Shown here piece by piece: positions 61,679 through 64,000 of a stretch of 64,000 nt of DNA. The number at the start of each line of letters is the position of its first letter. Within the stretch, counting starts at the first letter, position 1. The notes below the pieces were generated by a model. That model was not told the DNA's origin and searched no databases. It saw only the letters and a program-made list of their open reading frames with translations. This DNA comes from a bacterium. GTDB taxonomy: Bacteria > Patescibacteriota > Microgenomatia > Woykebacterales > RBG-16-39-9b. The stretch is taken from the NCBI GenBank assembly GCA_030704665.1, contig JAUYID010000009.1, positions 64,163 through 128,162 of the forward strand. The letters are read 5' to 3'. A program made the position numbers and the translations under genes.

Positions 61679-63826
61679 ATGTCAAAACTTGTTCTTGTTG
61701 ATGGACACGCTCTCTTTCATCGGGCCTTTCACGCCATGCCGCCCTTAACCACTTCCAAGGGAGAACTGGTCAACGCTGTTTACGGCTTTACAGTTATGCT
61801 TCTCAAAGTCTTGGAAGATATCAAGCCCGAGTACGCCGCAGTGGCTTTTGATACCAAAGCTCCAACCTTTCGCCACACTCAGTTTACGGGCTACAAAGCC
61901 CACCGTATTGCAGCTCCAAGTGAAATGCATGAGCAGTTGCCTCGGGTCAAAGAAGTCGTGAGTCGACTCAATATTCCCATTTTTGTCCTTGAAGGTTACG
62001 AAGCTGACGACATCATCGGTACTCTAGCTTCCCAGGCGGTAGATCAAGAAGTTTTTATTGTGACTGGCGACCGTGACGCCCTGCAGCTAGTTAATACTCA
62101 CGTTAAAACCTACATGCCTGGTAAATCTCTTTCTGACATCATTATCCACGACGGGAGAAGTTTTGAGCAAAAATATGGCTTTAAACCCAAGCAATTGATT
62201 GACTTCAAGGCTTTGGTGGGAGATGCCTCCGACAACATTCCCGGAGTCGCCGGAATCGGAGAAGTCAGCGCCACTAAACTGATTGCCGAGTTTGGCTCAG
62301 TTGAAGAAATTTATAAAAACTTGGAGAAGATTCCTGAAAAAACTAGCAAAAAACTAGCAGAAGGAGCAGAAAGCGCGGTAATGAGTAAACAATTAGCTAC
62401 TATCGATACGGCGGTACCAATTAGACTGGATCTCAACAAATGTCTCTTGCACGACTATGACAAAGCTTCCGCAGTCGAACTTTTTGAAGATCTTGAGTTT
62501 ACTTCTTTGATTAAACGTTTGCCTGGAATCGGAAAAGTCACGCTTAAACCCAAAAACCACGAAGATCAGGGTGAGCTTTTTAATAATGAGGAGTCTGTTG
62601 AGCCTGTGAAAAAAACAGAGACTCAGCTTGATGCAGTTTTGCGGGAGATGGAGGAGTATGGAGTACTGATCGACAAAAGTTACTTGGACAAACTTAGTTC
62701 AGACATCAACGCGGCCATTGCCAAGTTGGAAAAAGGAATTTACTCTTCGGTCGGTCATGAATTCAATCTCAACTCGCCCAAGCAACTCTCGGAAGTTTTG
62801 TTTACTGAGCTTGGTCTGACTTCAACCAAAAAAGGCAAATCACACGCTTCGACTGATGTTGAGACTCTGACAGAACTGCTCGGAGCCCATCCCTGTATTG
62901 AAATGCTTTTGTCCTACCGCGAGCTTTTTAAACTCAAATCTACTTATGTTGACGCCTTACCACCCTTGCTTGATAAAAACAACCGACTACATACCCACTA
63001 CCACACTGACGCGACCAAAACCGGGCGCCTTTCTTCAAACAACCCCAACTTGCAAAATATCCCTGCTAAAGGTGGTTGGGGAATGAAAGTCCGAGCTGCC
63101 TTTGTCGCCCCCAAAGGCTCAAAACTGCTTTCGGCTGATTACAATCAGATCGAGCTGCGGGTCATGGCCCACCTCTCCGGAGATAAGCGCCTCAAAGAAA
63201 TTTTTGCGGCTGGAGAAGATATTCACACTCGTACAGCGGTGGAAATTCTCAACAAAAAACCAGAAGAGGTGAGCAAGGACGATCGGCGGTTGGCCAAAGT
63301 TGTCAATTTCGGCATCATGTATGGCCTTTCACCTTTTGGGCTTTCAAGACAACTTAAAATTGACCGAGACGCGGCCGCTACTATTATAGATAAGTACTTT
63401 GAAGAGTTTCCGGGAGTAAAAGCTTGGCTCGATAAAACCTTGGCGCAAGCTTACGAGAAAGGCTACGTTGAAACTTTAGGAGGTTTTCGTCGCTACCTGA
63501 TTGAGCTTAAGCAAGGTAACCAAAGGGTGCGGGCGGCGGGTGAGAGACAAGCGATTAACTCTCCGGTTCAGGGAACAGCGGCTGACATCATCAAGGCGGC
63601 AATGATCAAAATGGCCTCGAAGCTAAAATCCAAAGAGCTAAAAACGAAAATGATCCTTCAAGTCCACGACGAGCTCGTCTTTGAAGTTCCTGACCAGGAA
63701 ATTGAAACTGTTTACCCGTTGATCAAAGAGACGATGGAGAAAACCTTTAAACTAGATGTTCCCATTGTTATAGAAGCCAAGATTGGTCAAAACTGGGGCG
63801 AGATGAACGTTTTTCGTTTCGACTAA
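61679..63826 (+). CDS. polA: DNA polymerase I (5'-nuclease plus polymerase domains, short form)
   Basis: N-terminal 5'-3' exonuclease motifs (LVDGHALFHRAF, GDASDNIPGV). C-terminal family A motifs (DYNQIELRV, RRLAKVVNFGIMYG, QVHDELVFE). At 715 aa, a proofreading domain is apparently absent. Confidence 0.9.
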   Translation: MSKLVLVDGHALFHRAFHAMPPLTTSKGELVNAVYGFTVMLLKVLEDIKPEYAAVAFDTKAPTFRHTQFTGYKAHRIAAPSEMHEQLPRVKEVVSRLNIPIFVLEGYEADDIIGTLASQAVDQEVFIVTGDRDALQLVNTHVKTYMPGKSLSDIIIHDGRSFEQKYGFKPKQLIDFKALVGDASDNIPGVAGIGEVSATKLIAEFGSVEEIYKNLEKIPEKTSKKLAEGAESAVMSKQLATIDTAVPIRLDLNKCLLHDYDKASAVELFEDLEFTSLIKRLPGIGKVTLKPKNHEDQGELFNNEESVEPVKKTETQLDAVLREMEEYGVLIDKSYLDKLSSDINAAIAKLEKGIYSSVGHEFNLNSPKQLSEVLFTELGLTSTKKGKSHASTDVETLTELLGAHPCIEMLLSYRELFKLKSTYVDALPPLLDKNNRLHTHYHTDATKTGRLSSNNPNLQNIPAKGGWGMKVRAAFVAPKGSKLLSADYNQIELRVMAHLSGDKRLKEIFAAGEDIHTRTAVEILNKKPEEVSKDDRRLAKVVNFGIMYGLSPFGLSRQLKIDRDAAATIIDKYFEEFPGVKAWLDKTLAQAYEKGYVETLGGFRRYLIELKQGNQRVRAAGERQAINSPVQGTAADIIKAAMIKMASKLKSKELKTKMILQVHDELVFEVPDQEIETVYPLIKETMEKTFKLDVPIVIEAKIGQNWGEMNVFRFD

Positions 63827-64000
63827 AGATTGTCTTTGGAAATTGTGAGCCAAGCCACCACCCCAAAAATATTCAAGCTCGTGACCAAAAGAAAGATTGC
63901 CAGACCGAAACTGAGCTGAGTATTTTGCTTGCTTTGAGCCGAAAGAACTTGGCCCAAGTCGCCGGTGTAAGTCTTCCAAATTGTTCCCGCCGAAGAAGTG
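63823..64000 (-). CDS. hypothetical membrane protein, 5'-partial at the window end
   Basis: The minus-strand frame is open to the window edge and ends ...LSFGLAIFLLVTSLNIFGVVAWLTISKDNL*. Its stop overlaps the polA stop. The track ORF 63752..63979 is in another frame and would overlap 75 nt of conserved polA sequence. Confidence 0.35.
   Translation of the reverse strand, partial: TSSAGTIWKTYTGDLGQVLSAQSKQNTQLSFGLAIFLLVTSLNIFGVVAWLTISKDNL

Noticed and set aside
63752-63979. 75-aa minus-strand ORF from the track
   Set aside because: It would overlap 75 nt of conserved polA C-terminus. A different minus frame gives a plausible membrane-protein C-terminus whose stop overlaps the polA stop. That frame was annotated instead, with low confidence.

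Overview
This low-GC (~40%) bacterial window has the gene content of a reduced Candidate Phyla Radiation / Patescibacteria-type genome; that lineage call is an inference from content and was not tested. Identified core genes: smpB with an adjacent tmRNA; dnaG-rpoD; a suf Fe-S operon (sufC, sufB, sufD, sufS, sufU, plus DUF59 and Rieske proteins); trpS, ftsH and polA; 11 tRNAs; and the cell-envelope enzymes SpoIID/LytB, M14 and M15 peptidases and a sortase. A tandem array of seven TrbC/VirB2-like pilin paralogs occupies 890-5290. Two mobile regions are present. The first is an ~11 kb integrative island at tRNA-Asn (21.0-32.1 kb) carrying a large serine recombinase, an XRE repressor, a terminase small-subunit remnant, a Type III R-M system and an OLD-family ATPase-TOPRIM nuclease with a small partner gene. 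The second is a tyrosine-integrase element next to a tRNA-Ile(TAT) gene that is flanked by two 5'-half and two 3'-half tRNA fragment copies. The most unusual signal is a set of sharply bounded high-GC (~58-62%) single-gene insertions at 14.4-15.4, 32.2-32.7, 46.3-46.8, 49.9-50.7 and 58.2-58.5 kb. Three of them sit directly behind copies of one ~45-nt consensus promoter module (TTGACT-17-TGCTATAAT with shared flanks). Several are followed by long two-level hairpins, and two share an 11-nt junction motif (CCTTGAGTCGG). One insertion encodes a secreted Thr/Pro-rich protein with an LPAAG-type C-terminal sorting signal that matches the sortase encoded 36 kb away. No rRNA genes or CRISPR arrays were seen. 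All calls come from reading the sequence and from family knowledge; no database searches were run.
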